A stretch of 64,000 bases of DNA from Hydrolagus colliei (GCA_035084275.1 CM068743.1:134354001-134418000); one strand, 5' to 3'; shown: positions 24,935-38,274, numbered from the stretch's first letter. The notes: a model not told the origin generated them from the sequence alone. Numbers and translations: made by a program.

Positions 24935-26478
24935 AAGGTAATCTTCACAGCTAATCACCTCATCCATCCTTCTCAAGTTCCCTTGATTTTCACCAATGAC
25001 TCCAAATGCAAAGAGGTCATTGTGATCCAAATCAACAAAATCCATCTATCTTAAACTCCTCCACCACTCCACTCCCATCTCCTCCCCTGCTCCCTCCTAG
25101 TACCTCTACCATGCACACTTTTGACCCAATTTCTTTTTCAATCCTCTCTGCCTCATCTCTCACATGAAACTCACCGCCTGATCCCTTGACCTCTTCCAAC
25201 AACAGCAACTTGGATTTATATAGTGCCCTGCATGCCTAACAGCGTCTCAGAATGCTTCCCACTCATCTGAAGATTACTCAATGCCCCTCCTTTGCTTGTA
25301 GGTGTTGTCAACCTATCCCTATATTAAAATGCAATGATTATTATTATTATCATTATCATTTTCTGCGATTGTCCCATTCCTTTCAAAACTTGTCATCACC
25401 ACATTCCTCACAATTAAAACAGCTCTTGACCTTTCAAAACTCTCCAGTTCCTCCAATCTGTTCTTCCTATTCAAGGTTCAGAAATGTATAATTGCTCCTC
25501 ACATCTCCCTCTGCTTGAGCCCCTCTAATGCAATTTCTGTCATCCTTACAGCAATGAGACATCCTTCATCAGTCAAAAATGTTGTACTCTGTCCGTCCGT
25601 CTGTCTGTCGTTGTATCCTCCAATGGCTTTTCCTTTCCTTTTGCCATTACAAGATCTATATGGGTAGCTCAGTGCTCTCTCCTCAATCACCTTCTTTGCC
25701 TCATCTACAGACTCCTCATTGGCAACATTATCCACAAACATTGAGTTAGGTTTGACTTGTGTACAGATGACACTCATACCCTCTACTTCCGCCCTTAATT
25801 CCAGGTCCACTGATGTTCTGATCACCTTTCTGACAGATATCAAGGTCTGAATGAGCCTTAATCTCCTTCAGTTTAACATGGACTGATGAAATTCTCCTCC
25901 GTCCCCACACTGCTTGCATTGGCTTCCTTAACCCTCCTCCCCAACTCACAGAATCAATGTGCAACCAGCTCATGAAAAACCCGGTTGTCTATATCCTTAC
26001 CCACACAAAACGTAATTTGCTTCTCACCCCCGTCCTTGCTAAGCTCCACTGGCTTTGTGGCTTCCCAGTTGATTAAATTCAAGTTCTCACACCTTCCTAA
26101 CCTGATGATCTTCTTCTACTTCACTTATTTTGCTCACTCATTCACTTCAGGCCAAACTTGGGCCTGTTACACATCACCTGTCTTCTCCACCCCAACACAT
26201 CGATGGCTGCAGTATCGGTCATTATGCCCCCACCCTCATGAACCTCCCTCATATATTCTTCTCTGTCTCTTAAATTACCAAAAAGCCTTCCTCTTCAGGC
26301 ATATCTATGGTCACCACCCACACTCCCCCAACTCCCCCACCACCACCCCCACCATTCCACCCCCCCATAAACACACACACACATTCATACTCCCTTCGCA
26401 CTGGCTCAGTCTCTGTAAAGTGCTCTAATATGTTAACTTATGTGAAGGGCGCTAAATATATGCAAATTATTGTTGGTG
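24935..26478 (+). mobile_element. Old fragmented L2 LINE
   Basis: Degenerate RT motifs (GTACAGATGACACTCA = YTDDT; DIKV.M..NLLQ; LHWL) and a 3' tail AGGGCGCTAAATA. Confidence 0.7.
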
Positions 26479-28069
26479 TTTACGAGGTTTGTTTACATGT
26501 AAAACACACCATGTACATGGTGTAGTTGTTGAAATATTCAGCTAAACCAACACTGCTAAAATAGGAACTTGTTGCAGCCAAAGGGATCAGAATTGCTCAG
26601 CTGAACAGAACGCCATGGAAATCGCTGGCATAGTTTTATTCCACAACTGGAAGGAGGGAAACCGAGCCTGAAAACCTGTGAGCAAATAATGGAAAAGTGC
26701 CAGTGTAAACAAAATGTGGCTTATGAATTGTGGTCAGAAATGTCTCTGTTTTAGTTTTCAATATAAATTCTGCCAGGATACACTACGAATAGGGACTCAA
26801 ACCAGTTTCTCCTTTCCATTAGTCACTTAATGCTGCATTGCTGAATGGTCTATTGTCACTCAGTCAGGTAAACTAATGAAACTGATTAGAAGTCATATTT
26901 TTAACTTGAACTTTTCAATATGTTTGTTGGGCTTCGGCGCATTCGGAATTCTCATCACTCCAGGCCTTATTAAGTAACTTCAGCAAGCGTTCCCCAAACT
27001 TCATGGATGGAACTAACCTTAAACACCCCACGGACACAGAGAAAAGTAACTGAACACAAGACAGCAATGTCTTAAGTCAGGACAAATACTGGCAACGGGC
27101 TGGTTTAAATAACCCATTGCTTTAAGCACTTTCCAAACCTCATTTCTGGCATTGGAAATTAGAAGCATCTTGAACACTTTTTGGTTCTCTAGCAGACAAA
27201 CAACCATTTATTGACAAACTCACAAAAAGAAACGGGGCAAGTTTACAGAATAAACACAATTATTTTTGTGCTCAACTTTGTTTATGTTTTCAGATTGAAT
27301 TTCATTTTTGCATCATGTCCGGCAGGAGTTGATTGGTCAGTACTCCGTTAATATGCTATTGAAACAAAACCCAATTTTTTTTTTAAAAATTTGCATTGAG
27401 TAGCTGTTATCTATACTTTTCAAAATAAATTTCTTAAATAAAAAAGCGCAACATAGGAGAGGTGTGAAACTGATTTATGTAACCAGTTACCAGTATCAAG
27501 AGCATCTGGATATTGTCAACGTATCGTAAAGCATGTTCAACAGTGACTGTGATGTTTACAGTGACCCATATGTCCTTTAAATACGAACTACAGCCTTCCA
27601 ATTAGCACACACCTTCAGTAATGTAGGGCACTGCTCTGCATTAACACAATAGGCTTCTTTCCCAAAGGCCACGGAAAACAAAAAACATATTCCAAAATTG
27701 TATAATCCTATTAACAGTGTTTCATTTTTCAGTCGAGCTCTTCTGTCAAGCTTGTCAGAGGCTTAACGTTTGAGAACAGAAAGCCAATTGAGGCAGTGGT
27801 CAACAACTACAGAGGCCAACGGTAATGCAGTTGGCAACTGTTAATGGCTACTGCAAAGCTACCTGAACATGATTAAAAGCTTACCTACAGAATAAAGTTT
27901 TTTATACTTTATTATTGTATAATAACATTAATATTCCTTGCATTTAATATAGTGCTTAATAAAGTCGTTGAGATGTCTCAAAGCGCTTCACCGAATACAC
28001 TGTAAAGTAAATCGACTATATTTTTGAGGGTGAAATATAAATTTAGTCAGAACCAGCCAAAAGACACAT

Positions 28070-28225
28070 TTTCAAGACTGACGTGGATAGTTATTTGTTG
28101 TTATAACTAATGTATCAAGAGATATGGGGCAAATTGGAGTTGAGGCACAGATCAGCCTCAATCTTATAGAATAATGGAACAAGCTCGTGGGGCTGAATGG
28201 CCTACTCCTGTTTCTTTGTTTCTAT
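28070..28225 (+). mobile_element. CR1 3' end
   Basis: GGGGCTGAATGGCCTACTCCTGTT, a typical CR1 terminus. Confidence 0.7.
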
Positions 28226-28752
28226 TACAACAAAGAAACAGACAGATTTTCAGTACCCGTGAGCTGCTATCTCATTTTAAATGTTATTTGTTTTTAGGTT
28301 TCATCACACTCTTTTACTCCAGCGTACATCAGCATGTTTGTGGTTGCTAACTATTTAATCTGGAGAACTATTATTTTAATTTCCCTAATGTTTAAACATT
28401 TGGGTTTTGCAATTTTTTTCCTTATTTATCTTCTTTTTAAAACTTTTACCGATAAAGGCTTGAAAGGTATAACATATGCAGCTAGAATGTCAGTAAACCT
28501 TCATCCTTAGTTTATTACTGTGCCAAAAACCTCTGTGCCTGATTCTCTGTACCCCACACACACTACCCTGAAGTCTGCATCCACTCCCACACCAGGCTCT
28601 GCAAGTCTATACCTCCCAGTCTCACATGCCTCCATGGACGCCCCATCCCCCAGTGGATCAAGCTCAACGTCTTCATTCTCACATCAAATCCCTCCACTTT
28701 CTCTCCCCTACAATTCATCCCTTCTCTTTCTTCTCATGATCTGCCTCAAGAC

Positions 28753-29062
28753 CTCAGTGGTGAGAGCACTCGTCTTACAAGCGTGAGACCTGTGTTCGAA
28801 TCCAGGCAGGTCAGGGCGAAACCTTGGGCAACTTTCCTTACTCCACACACACGCCAAAATAATAATCCCTCCAAAAAAAACACAATAATAAAAATTGGTC
28901 ATTTCAGTCCACGACTGTTTGTGGGGGACACTGCTGTGCGCTGCGTTTCACCCACAAATATATATAGTCAATTCACTTTACAGTATATTCTGTGAAGTGC
29001 TTGGAGATGGCGATAAAATGTGAAAAGCGCTATATCAAATACAAGGATTCTTATTATTATTA
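28753..29062 (+). mobile_element. tRNA-SINE (short variant)
   Basis: CTCAGTGG…GTTCGAATCC head and (ATT)n tail. Confidence 0.9.
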
Positions 29063-29399
29063 GTTTCAGCTATTTACCCCCCACCACATCTCTCAGCTTC
29101 CTGCTTTTTACGTAAGTCAAGTTTCCCAGCCTAAACCGCACTACTATCGTAGTACTAGATCTTGCACTAGGCTATCTCACCTATACTTGCCCAGCTCCAC
29201 TGGCTCCCCACTTCCCAGTCCTGTTACAATCGTTGACTACCCTTTGCCAAACTGAGTCAAGCCAATACGCTCTGGATACATGCAGTTATTATTATTATTT
29301 TTATTAGTTAGTAGTGGCTAAGTGCTACCTGAAGGTCTTGTTTGCCTTTTCAGCTGGTGTACACTGTTTGATGCTGTGCGACTCAGAATAATGGATAAA

Positions 29400-29710
29400 T
29401 AATAATGATAATATTGCATTTGATTTAACACGTTTCACATCTTCTAGACGTCTCAAAGCACTTCACAAAATATAATATAAAGTGAATTGACTGCATATTT
29501 GTGGGTAAAACACTACAGCCAATTGCACACAGCAGTGTCCCACAAACAGTCATGGATTGAAAATGACCAATTTATCATTGTTTTTTTTCTGGAGGGATTA
29601 TTATTAGGCATGTGGAGTAAGGAAACTTGCCCAAGGTTTCGCCCTGACCGGGAATTGAATTCAGGTCTCTCGCTTGCTAGGTGCTCTCACCACTGAGCAA
29701 CAGAACTCCG
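29400..29710 (-). mobile_element. tRNA-SINE (short variant)
   Basis: Full-length match to the other copies. Confidence 0.9.
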
Positions 29711-30231
29711 ACAAAGTGGTTAAAAGCCAAAGGTTGGAAACTAAATCTCAGAAGCAGAAAAGTGATGTTTTTGTTTCCAAAGATAACATTAAAACACCAG
29801 TGAAGCAGAATACCATGTGCCTTCATTTCAACCCACCCGGGTGCTGCAGGCTTCAAAGAGCTGCTTAACCCTCACTGCATTTGAAAAATATATATATTTT
29901 TTGCCGCAAAGCCTCCTCCCTCAGTCTGGAGGGCAAACTGTTCAGACCAAAGTCTGCTCCGTGAACTGCTGCCAATGCCACTCAGTTGTTGGCTTGGTGC
30001 AGGCAGACTCTTAGTGGGCTGAGACAGGCAGCGTCTGTTTTTAATTCCCCCAAGCTCGATAGCTGTTGTTATGAGACACTAACTACATCTAGAGTCTTGA
30101 CTAAGAACTGATAAGACTCATAACCCAATGTTTCTGATTGATTTAGGATTCAGAATGGCCAGAGTTTTCAGCATTTGGGCGCCTGATTATAAAGTAAATA
30201 CTTTCCCACCAGGTCATTAAACTCAAAGTAA

Positions 30232-30615
30232 CAATAATAATAATCCTTGCATTTAATGTAGCATCTTAACATGTCTTCTGGACAACTGAAACCATGTCAC
30301 AGAATACAACAACAACAAAATTATATTTATATTGCGCCTTTCACATCAGGTGGACATCCCAAGGGGCTGAAAGAATATACAGTAAAGTGAATTGACTGTA
30401 TTTTTGTGGACTAAACGCAGCAGCCAACTATGCACAGCAGTGTCCCACAAACAGTCGTGGATTAAAGTGACCAAATTATAATTTTTTTCTACTTAAGGCA
30501 TTATTATAAGACGCGTAGAGTAAGGAAACTTGGCCAAGGTTTCGCCTGCCGGGAATCTAACCCAGATCTCTCACTTGCGAAGTGAGTGCTATAATCACTG
30601 AGCTGCAGGACTCCA
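30232..30615 (-). mobile_element. tRNA-SINE with a 65-bp L2 tail inserted at 30307-30371
   Basis: AGAATA duplicated at 30301-30306 and 30372-30377. Confidence 0.85.
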
Positions 30616-30874
30616 CACAGGGACGTCTCAAAGTGCTTCACTGTAATGAGTATCCACTGTGCATTTTGTATGAACGTGATTGATAATAACATTGAAAGTC
30701 AACCAGCAAGAGCGAAATAATGTTTGAATTTTGCAAGTCAGTGTTATAAGAGGAACATATCATACTTTGTAGGAACTTAACCTGGAAGTAGGTTTGCAAA
30801 ACCATATTATCTGACTGTTTTCCCTATTTAACAATCTATTGGATATTTTGTGCTGATTTTCCATTGCAGATAGA

Positions 30875-31632
30875 AACATGGAAACATAGAAACAGGAGCA
30901 GGTGATTCACAGGAGAGCTCCTGTGGCTCAGTGGTTAGAGCACTTGTCTTGCAAGCTGGGGAGACCAAGCTGGGGAGACCTGTGTTCGAATCCAGGCAGG
31001 TCAGGGCCAAACCTTGGGCAAGTTTCCTTACTCCACACGCCTAATAATAATCCCTCCAAAAAATCCCTCCAAAAAAACCCACAAAAATAAAATTGGTCAT
31101 TTCAATCCACGACTGTGTGTGGGACACTGCTGTGCGAAATTGGCTGCTGCGTTTCGCCCACAAATATATACAGTCAATTCACTTTACAGTATATTCTGTG
31201 AAGCGCTTTGGGTCATCGATAAGATGTGAAAAGCGCTATATCAAATGCAAGGATTATTATTATTATTATTATTATTATTCAGTCCTGGAGCTTGTTCTGT
31301 CATTTGATAAGACTATGGCTGATCTATATCTCAAGGCCATTTACCCGTCATTGTCCAGTATCCCTTGATAACCTGACTTAACAAATATCCATACACCAGT
31401 GATGAAGATGTGAATGGATCCAGACTGGATATCCAGAATGGATACAACCTTTTGGGGGAGAGATTTCCAGATTTCTACTATCCTTTGGGTGAAAAACTGC
31501 CTCCCAATTTCACACCTAAATGGGCCAGCTCTAATTTTAAGGTGATACGTCCTTGATCTGGATTCCCCTACCAGACGAAATAGTTTCTAACCTATCAAAT
31601 CCCTTTAATATTTTAAAGATAATCTTATAAAT
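30875..31632 (-). mobile_element. CR1 3' region interrupted by a SINE
   Basis: CATGGAAACATAGAAAC tail; ATTCA duplicated at 30905-30909 and 31277-31281 around the SINE. Confidence 0.75.
30910..31276 (+). mobile_element. tRNA-SINE, full length, long (ATT)n tail
   Basis: A box TGGCTCAGTGG, B box GTTCGAATCC and a pure ATT tail. Confidence 0.92.
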
Positions 31633-31639
31633 CTGGTAC

Positions 31640-32225
31640 CTGCACTGCTTCCCTCCTCGTCGGCCTGAAACTCCATCCTCGTCAGCCTTCCTGGCTCTTC
31701 CCTTCAAAAGCTACAGATCATTCAGAACTCTGCAGCTCGTGTCCTCACCAAGCTCCGCGACCACATCACTCCCACCCTCACCTGGCTCCATTGGCTCTCC
31801 ATCCCCCAGAGGATCGAATTCAAGATCCTCATGCTCATTTTCAAGGCCATTCACGGCCTTGCCCCAGCCTATCTCTCTGACCCGCTGTCTCCCTATGAAC
31901 CTGCCCGCCCCCTCCGTTCAGCGGGCTCCAGTCTGCTCCATGTCCCCCACCCGACCTGCCCCACCATCGGTGGCCGGGCTTTCAGCCTCTCTGCCACCAC
32001 ACTCTGGAACTCCTTCCCACAGTCCCTTCACCTCGCTTCCTCCTTTGCTTCCTTCAAGGCTGGTCTCAAGACCTTACTCAATCATGCCTTCCGTCGCCCT
32101 CCCAACTATCTCCTTCCACTCCCCCCCACCACATGCTCGGGTCCCGAACTGACTGTTCAGCTCCTTAGGATTCCTCCCGAAGTGAAGGGCGCTCTGTAAG
32201 TGTAATTTTGTTGTCGTTGTTGTTG
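31640..32225 (+). mobile_element. 5'-truncated L2 (type A tail)
   Basis: LIFKAIHGLAPAYLSD…RPLRS…GGRAFS…LWNS.P…FKAGLKT. Confidence 0.92.
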
Positions 32226-32489
32226 CAGGCACCTTATAAACCTGATAACTGCAGAGCAAGCTGATCTGGCTCCAGTAAAAATAAATTCCTGGGGCAAGAG
32301 ACAGAGCATATTTAGCTGTGATTCAGAAGATTAAGATGGTTATAACTTAAAACAGAAATTCTCTGCATTCAAATGAAGACTGGTGTCAAATTCCTGATCT
32401 GAGGGTGGGGTGGGTGGGCTTTGCAGAACATAGGCACTAACACTTAGTGACTGCTTAATGTTTTACACTAGATACAGCAAGTTGTCATG

Positions 32490-32892
32490 ATAATAATAAT
32501 TTCCTACATTTGACATTATTACAACATTGAAAAATCTCCAAGTACTTCATGGATTTACCGTAGAGCATAGTGACTGTGTTGATGGCAAATACAGCTGATA
32601 CTTTGAATACCACAATGTTCCACAAACAGCCATGAAGTGAATGATCATTTTTACTTGCAGGATTGTTGGCTAGGACACCAGGATAAACTCCTCTATTCAA
32701 AATGATGCCGCACATCTGTTAATATCCACCTGAATAGGCAGACAAGCCCGTCATTTCAAGTTTCAGCTGAATGACGATACCTCTGGCAATCCAGTCCACC
32801 CCCATCAGTGCACTGATGTTGCACTGCGAGCTCAACAACCCAACATGGTCTTCAACCCACAAACTTCTGTCTCAGAGGTGAGGTTACCGAGC
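32490..32892 (-). mobile_element. Old SacSINE1/DeuSINE-like element
   Basis: Minus strand CACCTCTGAGACAGAAG…TTCAGGTGGATATTAA…GGCTGTTTGTGGAACATTG. Confidence 0.7.
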
Positions 32893-33026
32893 TAGGCAGC
32901 CACATGCAATCTACTAGCCTACATTAACCGCATTAAGTCACAAATTGAACCCTGCAATCCTCAGGGATGACTGGCATGTAAAAGGTAACGTTTGCGGTGT
33001 TCCTTAATGATCGCTGGCATTATCCA

Positions 33027-33040
33027 CCACTAGGTGGCAG
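33027..33040 (+). promoter_or_regulatory. Candidate CTCF-binding site
   Basis: CCACTAGGTGGCAG matches the CTCF core CCAC(C/T)AG(G/A)TGGC(A/G) in non-repeat sequence. Confidence 0.5.
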
Positions 33041-33324
33041 AACGTTTCTCCTGGTAAGGGTCTTCAACCTTTCGCATCCAGCTGTCAATCTTTTTTTTAT
33101 TTTGAAGCAAACATGATTTGGTATTGTAACTTTGCAAACCAAGAATGGCTTTTCATTTCTTTTGCTTCATATCTATTTTTTAGGTTGCTCTACTGAGAAA
33201 AGGGCAAAACCCATGGCCAAAAAAGGAACTCTTTGTCTAACTTGAGCCATTGGGCTTAGGCGACTTGATCAATAAAAAAGATAGAACGTTTGGCCACTGA
33301 TAGAGTATTTAAACTGGGTCTGGT

Positions 33325-33800
33325 CAGGTCAGAAACACTGCTTGCACATCCACACCAAGCTTCGCTCCCCCATTACCCCAGTCCTCGCCAGACTTCACTG
33401 GCTCCCTGTCCCAGAGAGGATAGACTTCAAGATCCTCACCCTTGTTTTCAAATCCCTCCACTCCTCTGCACCCACCTACCTCTCTGATCTCCTCTCTCCA
33501 CAACCCAGCACCCGCTGCCTTCGCTCCTCTGGGTCTGGCCTCCTCCATGTCCCCCCGAATCCTCCACTCCACCCGTGTCTTCAGCCACTAGGCCCCGAGG
33601 CTCTGGAATTCCCTTCCTCACTCCCTTCACCTCGCCCCCTCTCTTCCCAGTTTCAGGTCATAGTTAAAGACCTTTCTCTTTGACCGCGCTTTTGCTCACC
33701 TTTCTCCACCTGCCCCTGGCTCAGTCCCGGGATCCGCTATTGTGAAGCTCTGAGACACCATCCAGCATGGAGGGCGCTATAAAGTTGTTGTTGTTGTAAT
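33325..33800 (+). mobile_element. 5'-truncated L2 (type B tail)
   Basis: PITPVLARLHWLPVPERIDFKILTLVFKSLH; tail GAGAC…GGAGGGCGCTATAAAG(TTG)n. Confidence 0.9.
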
Positions 33801-34949
33801 TGTGTTGTTATTGTAGAAATACTCTATCCACAAAATAATTCATAAGTAAGAGAATTTGGGGAGAATTTTAAGACTATCTCATAAAAATACATACCAAATT
33901 CCATATAACATTATTTTGGGGGATAAAACACCAAAATATTACTTGAGATCAATGCAGGTTATTGCCCTCGATTTCACCTAAAGTGTGTAAAATGTCAGAG
34001 CAGATGCAAAATTTGATGCTTTTTCCCTGCACTTCCATTACACTTCAGTAATATGTAAATACAACAGTAGGAACAGTCCTATAGTATCAAACACTTCATT
34101 GAAGAACAAAGAGGATTATTGAAGGGCAAACATTCAGGAATTTCAAAATGTCTTTGGAAACAGATATGCATTTTTGCACCTACAGAGTACACAAAACATA
34201 TGATTTTAAGTTCAACATTGGTAGGATGGGGTGGGGTGGGGGATGTTGGGGTGGGAGGGTGGGGGGAAGGGGGGAAAGAATTGGACTGAGGCTCGGTGTG
34301 AGTATCCAATGCCTGAGGCTAATACTCACCTTGTTTTGATAATCAAGGAGCTTCAATCGGATTGTCTTTTATTTTGCTGGAAATCCCTGAATGTTTATTG
34401 GCTTGACACATCCTCCCAATGTGAAAGACGCTGTGCAAATGTCATTTTGTGTGAATAACACAACAAGAGTTGAGTAGTGTTAACATTCCGATAGAAAAAT
34501 TATCACTTTTAATAAAAAAAAGCTCTTTATGTATTTCAGGGTTAATGCACCAGAATTGCTCTATAAATGTAATTTTGTTGTTGTTGTTGGGAGTGGGCCA
34601 TATCCTTCAATAATTAATCAACATTTGCTGCAGCTTCAAGGAATGCTACACAGGTGCTTAATTCACATATCTGTAAACTATTAGACTCAGCTCTTGTTGA
34701 GAACGATAAGATATTGCTGCTATATCTTTAGACCTTCAACTTAAAATTATTGTAACATAATACGAATTTATATTTACATAGCATTTTCACATAAGAACAT
34801 AGAACTTGCTAGGCAAAACAAAATAAAACAAAGCTTCATCCAGTTTGCCTTCCATCATCCCATGGCAGTCACATGTTCATGTCATGTCCCAAACTATACA
34901 CTGTGTTCTCTGCAAATATAGCCACTGTACTTGCTCCAGATCATTTATG

Positions 34950-35580
34950 AACAACAATAACAACAAAATATAGAGCGCCTTTCACTTCTGGAGGACATCC
35001 CAAGGCACTGAACAATCGGGTCGCAACAGAAAGGGGCAGAATAGGGGGGAGGAGTGGGAAGATGTTAGGAGATTGAGTGGGGAACATGGAGCAGGCCAGA
35101 GAGGGCGGGCAGGTTCATAGGGGGACAGCAGTTCAGAGAGATAGGGGGGCGAGGCCGTGAATGGCCTTGAAAGTGAGGACAAGGATCTGGAATTCGATCC
35201 TCTGGGGATGGGGATGCAATGGAGCCGAACGAGGGTGGGAGTGATGTGGTCGCGGAGTTTGGTGCGGTTGAGAACACGAGCTGCAGAGCTCTGGATGACC
35301 TGCAGCTTGTGAAGAGAAGAGCTAGGAAAGCCAGTGAGGAGAGGATTTCCATAGTCAAGTCATGATGTGACAAATGCGGGGACCAGGGTTTCAGCAGCCT
35401 GAGGGGTGAGGCAGTGTTGGAGTCTGGCGATGTTGTGAACAACGACAACAACAACAACTTTGATTTATATAGCGCCCCCTACGCCGGACGGCGTCTCAAA
35501 GCGCTTCGAAGGTGTTGGAAGGCAGTACTGGTCGTGGTGCGGACGTGGGGGAGGAAGGACAGCTCAGGGTTGAACAAGAC
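34950..35580 (-). mobile_element. L2 (type A) with a minimal type B tail inserted at about 35439-35507
   Basis: L2 3' ORF2 motifs on the minus strand; the insert is only hairpin plus (CAA)n. Confidence 0.85.
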
Positions 35581-37035
35581 AATATTAATTAAAACGGGTC
35601 TCAAAACAAATCCCTGTGGAACTCCACTGCTAACATTCTCCTAGCCTGATGACAATCCCTGTGTCACCACCCTTTAGGTCAGCTAATTATGTATCCATTG
35701 CAAGATACTTCCTCTGATTCCTTCTTTCTTTATTTTCAGTATCAGCCCTTCACATCAGGAGGGCATCCCTGGCTGAGCCGAGGAGGGTCGGAAGGGGATG
35801 TGAAAGAATCAACATAGATGCAAGTTGTTGTTGTTGTTATTGTTGATGACCAAAGGCGTGATCAGGAGAAAAGTCTTGAGTCAGACCTTGAAAGAGGTGA
35901 GGATGGGGGAGAGTTCAAATCATTCTACAAGTACTAAATCCTGGAATATAGTTTGTTATGGCAAACATGTATGTAACCACAGGAATTATGATGGGAAGAA
36001 TTGGTGAACGCAATTGCAAGAATAATGAGTTTAGTGTCCCAGGGTGCATTTCTCTACACGCCGTTCTTTGATGTTAACATTTAACATTAAGAATTAATAG
36101 ACTGTGAAATATTCAAAATAAAATGAATAAAATGTGTGTGAATGTTGAATCTCAAGCCACGGGGAAGTGGAAAGGTGATATTCCTTTTTATTGTAGTTTG
36201 CACATTTATTGCACGCTGTGAGAAATAAATTCAGTCAGTCAAATACCCTACTGTTTAAAACTTTTCTACATCCTGTAAAATTGTCCAGATGTATTTGAAG
36301 AAATAGATATCCCACAGATCACCCTGGATAATACTTTGCAAAAGAAGATGAAAAAAATCAACAATTTTTAGAAAATGTTCCTTTTGAAGAACTCGGTACT
36401 TTGTCTTGATAGAATGTATATGAATGAATGAAAATCATCCTAATAGTGGACAGAGTATTTTCATTAGAATTCTGTCTTTTTGTCGTAGGATACTGGTATC
36501 AAACTGATTTAACTTGAATATCTGTTGTAAAAGGTGCCCCATCGTGTTGATGTCATGCAGATTATTCCATTAGCATTGCTTTTCACATAATTTCACTATA
36601 ACTGTTCCTTAACCCCAGGGAATCACAGTAAGCATATTTCATTTAAATTTAAATTTTCACATACAAAACAGATTGCATACACTACGAATAATAACAGCTG
36701 GCTTGTGTATGTTACAGGGTTGGGAGACAGACGACTTCATAAAGTACTTGACCTTCACCCTTTGGTTTACCATTTGAACTCTTTGATTGTATGATTGTAT
36801 CACTGCCTTGTGGCACACTTCAAGCCAGTCATTGTCTGTATTCTTGTGTAACTTCCCTGTAGTCCGCTAATTGCTTCCCGGTAAAACTGCTGTGATGATG
36901 CCACAAAGGAGCCCATTTAAGGCCAGTTTACCATGTTTACTCTTATTTTGATCATTTTAAAATTACAGCTGCTATATTTGAAGATGCGCCGATCGATATT
37001 CGGAGACGTATTATTTCGTATTGTGTTGTAAAGTC

Positions 37036-37365
37036 AACGACAACAATTTGCATTTATGTAGCTCCCTCCACACCGGGTGTGCCGCACAGAGCGCTTCGCA
37101 ATGGCGGAGCCCGAGGGGGAGGTGATCGTAAGCGCGGGCAAGAGAAAGTCTTCAGGCGTGACCTGAAGATAGGGAAGGAGGGGTTGAGGCGAAGGGGTTG
37201 AAGGAGAGTTCCAAAGTTTTGGGGTGTAGTGGCTGAAACTGATGGTGGAGGATTCGGGGACAAGGAGGAGGCCGGAGTGGACACAGTGGGTACTGCTGTA
37301 AGGAGAGGGGAGGGTAGAGAGGTGGTGGGATGGAGGGGGCGGGTGCCAAAGAGTGGGGGGATTTA
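37036..37365 (-). mobile_element. L2 3' end (type B-like)
   Basis: …FRSRLKTF… and a GGAGGGAGCTACATAAATGC tail. Confidence 0.8.
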
Positions 37366-38274
37366 AACTATTCTACATGCTGTCTTGAGTCATGTGATAA
37401 ATCAACGATTTACACTTTTATTCCACCTTTCACACTGAATAAAAATCCCAAGGTACTTCACAATGATGATGGGGATCAGCATCCAGAGCCTGTAAAACCC
37501 CAAACCCACTTACCTTGCTCAACCTCATCTACTGCCATGAAGACAGCCAGACCCTTTCAATACAAAATGCAAAGTACCAGGGAGGATAGGAGGTGGAGTT
37601 TGAGGGGTTAACAAAGACATAATAATGAAGACAGAGAAGAAGAACTCAGGTCCGGACCAGTGATCAATAGTGGATATCAGAGACAATCTCATTAATCATG
37701 GACATTCCCACTGACGTTTTAAAGTGCTGACATTAGAGTGAATGAATTGCAGATTACACGATTGACTTCATCAGTATCCAGGCCCATTGAAACCCTGACT
37801 TACTTTTCCTGCTCAACCTAATCCTCTTTAGAACATAAGAACATAGGAATTGCTAGGTGACAGAAATCTAAGGTCCATCTAGTTTGCCTTCGACAATCCT
37901 TGAAGATGTGATAAGGATCATGGCTATATCCCGGGCAAGGTTTATTATTGTTGTTGTTACTCATTCATTAAAGTAGAGTTTCTGAAGATTTGTTCTGAGT
38001 TTGTGCCTCTTCAATCGTTGGCCATGCCCTCTGGTTCCATCGTTCAGGAACAATAGAACCAGCAGAATTCACACCTCTGAAGCAGTAACTGTCCAGCGCC
38101 TTGGACAGTTCACCTGACGTGAAAGGCGCTAAACAAATAAAATACTTTTCGATCAGGACACGGAAAAACAGCTTATAATGGTCCCTTTAGAATCTTAAGT
38201 CAGGGCACTTTCTTGCCTTCAACTAGTCAATACACAACAACAACAACAACAACAACAACAAATTGCATTTATAC

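Noticed and set aside
26915-27207. Protein-like minus-strand frames (…NARNEVWKVLKAMGY…, MKFGERLLKLLNKAWSDE…)
   Set aside because: Weak splice signals, no recognisable family, and the frames do not join.
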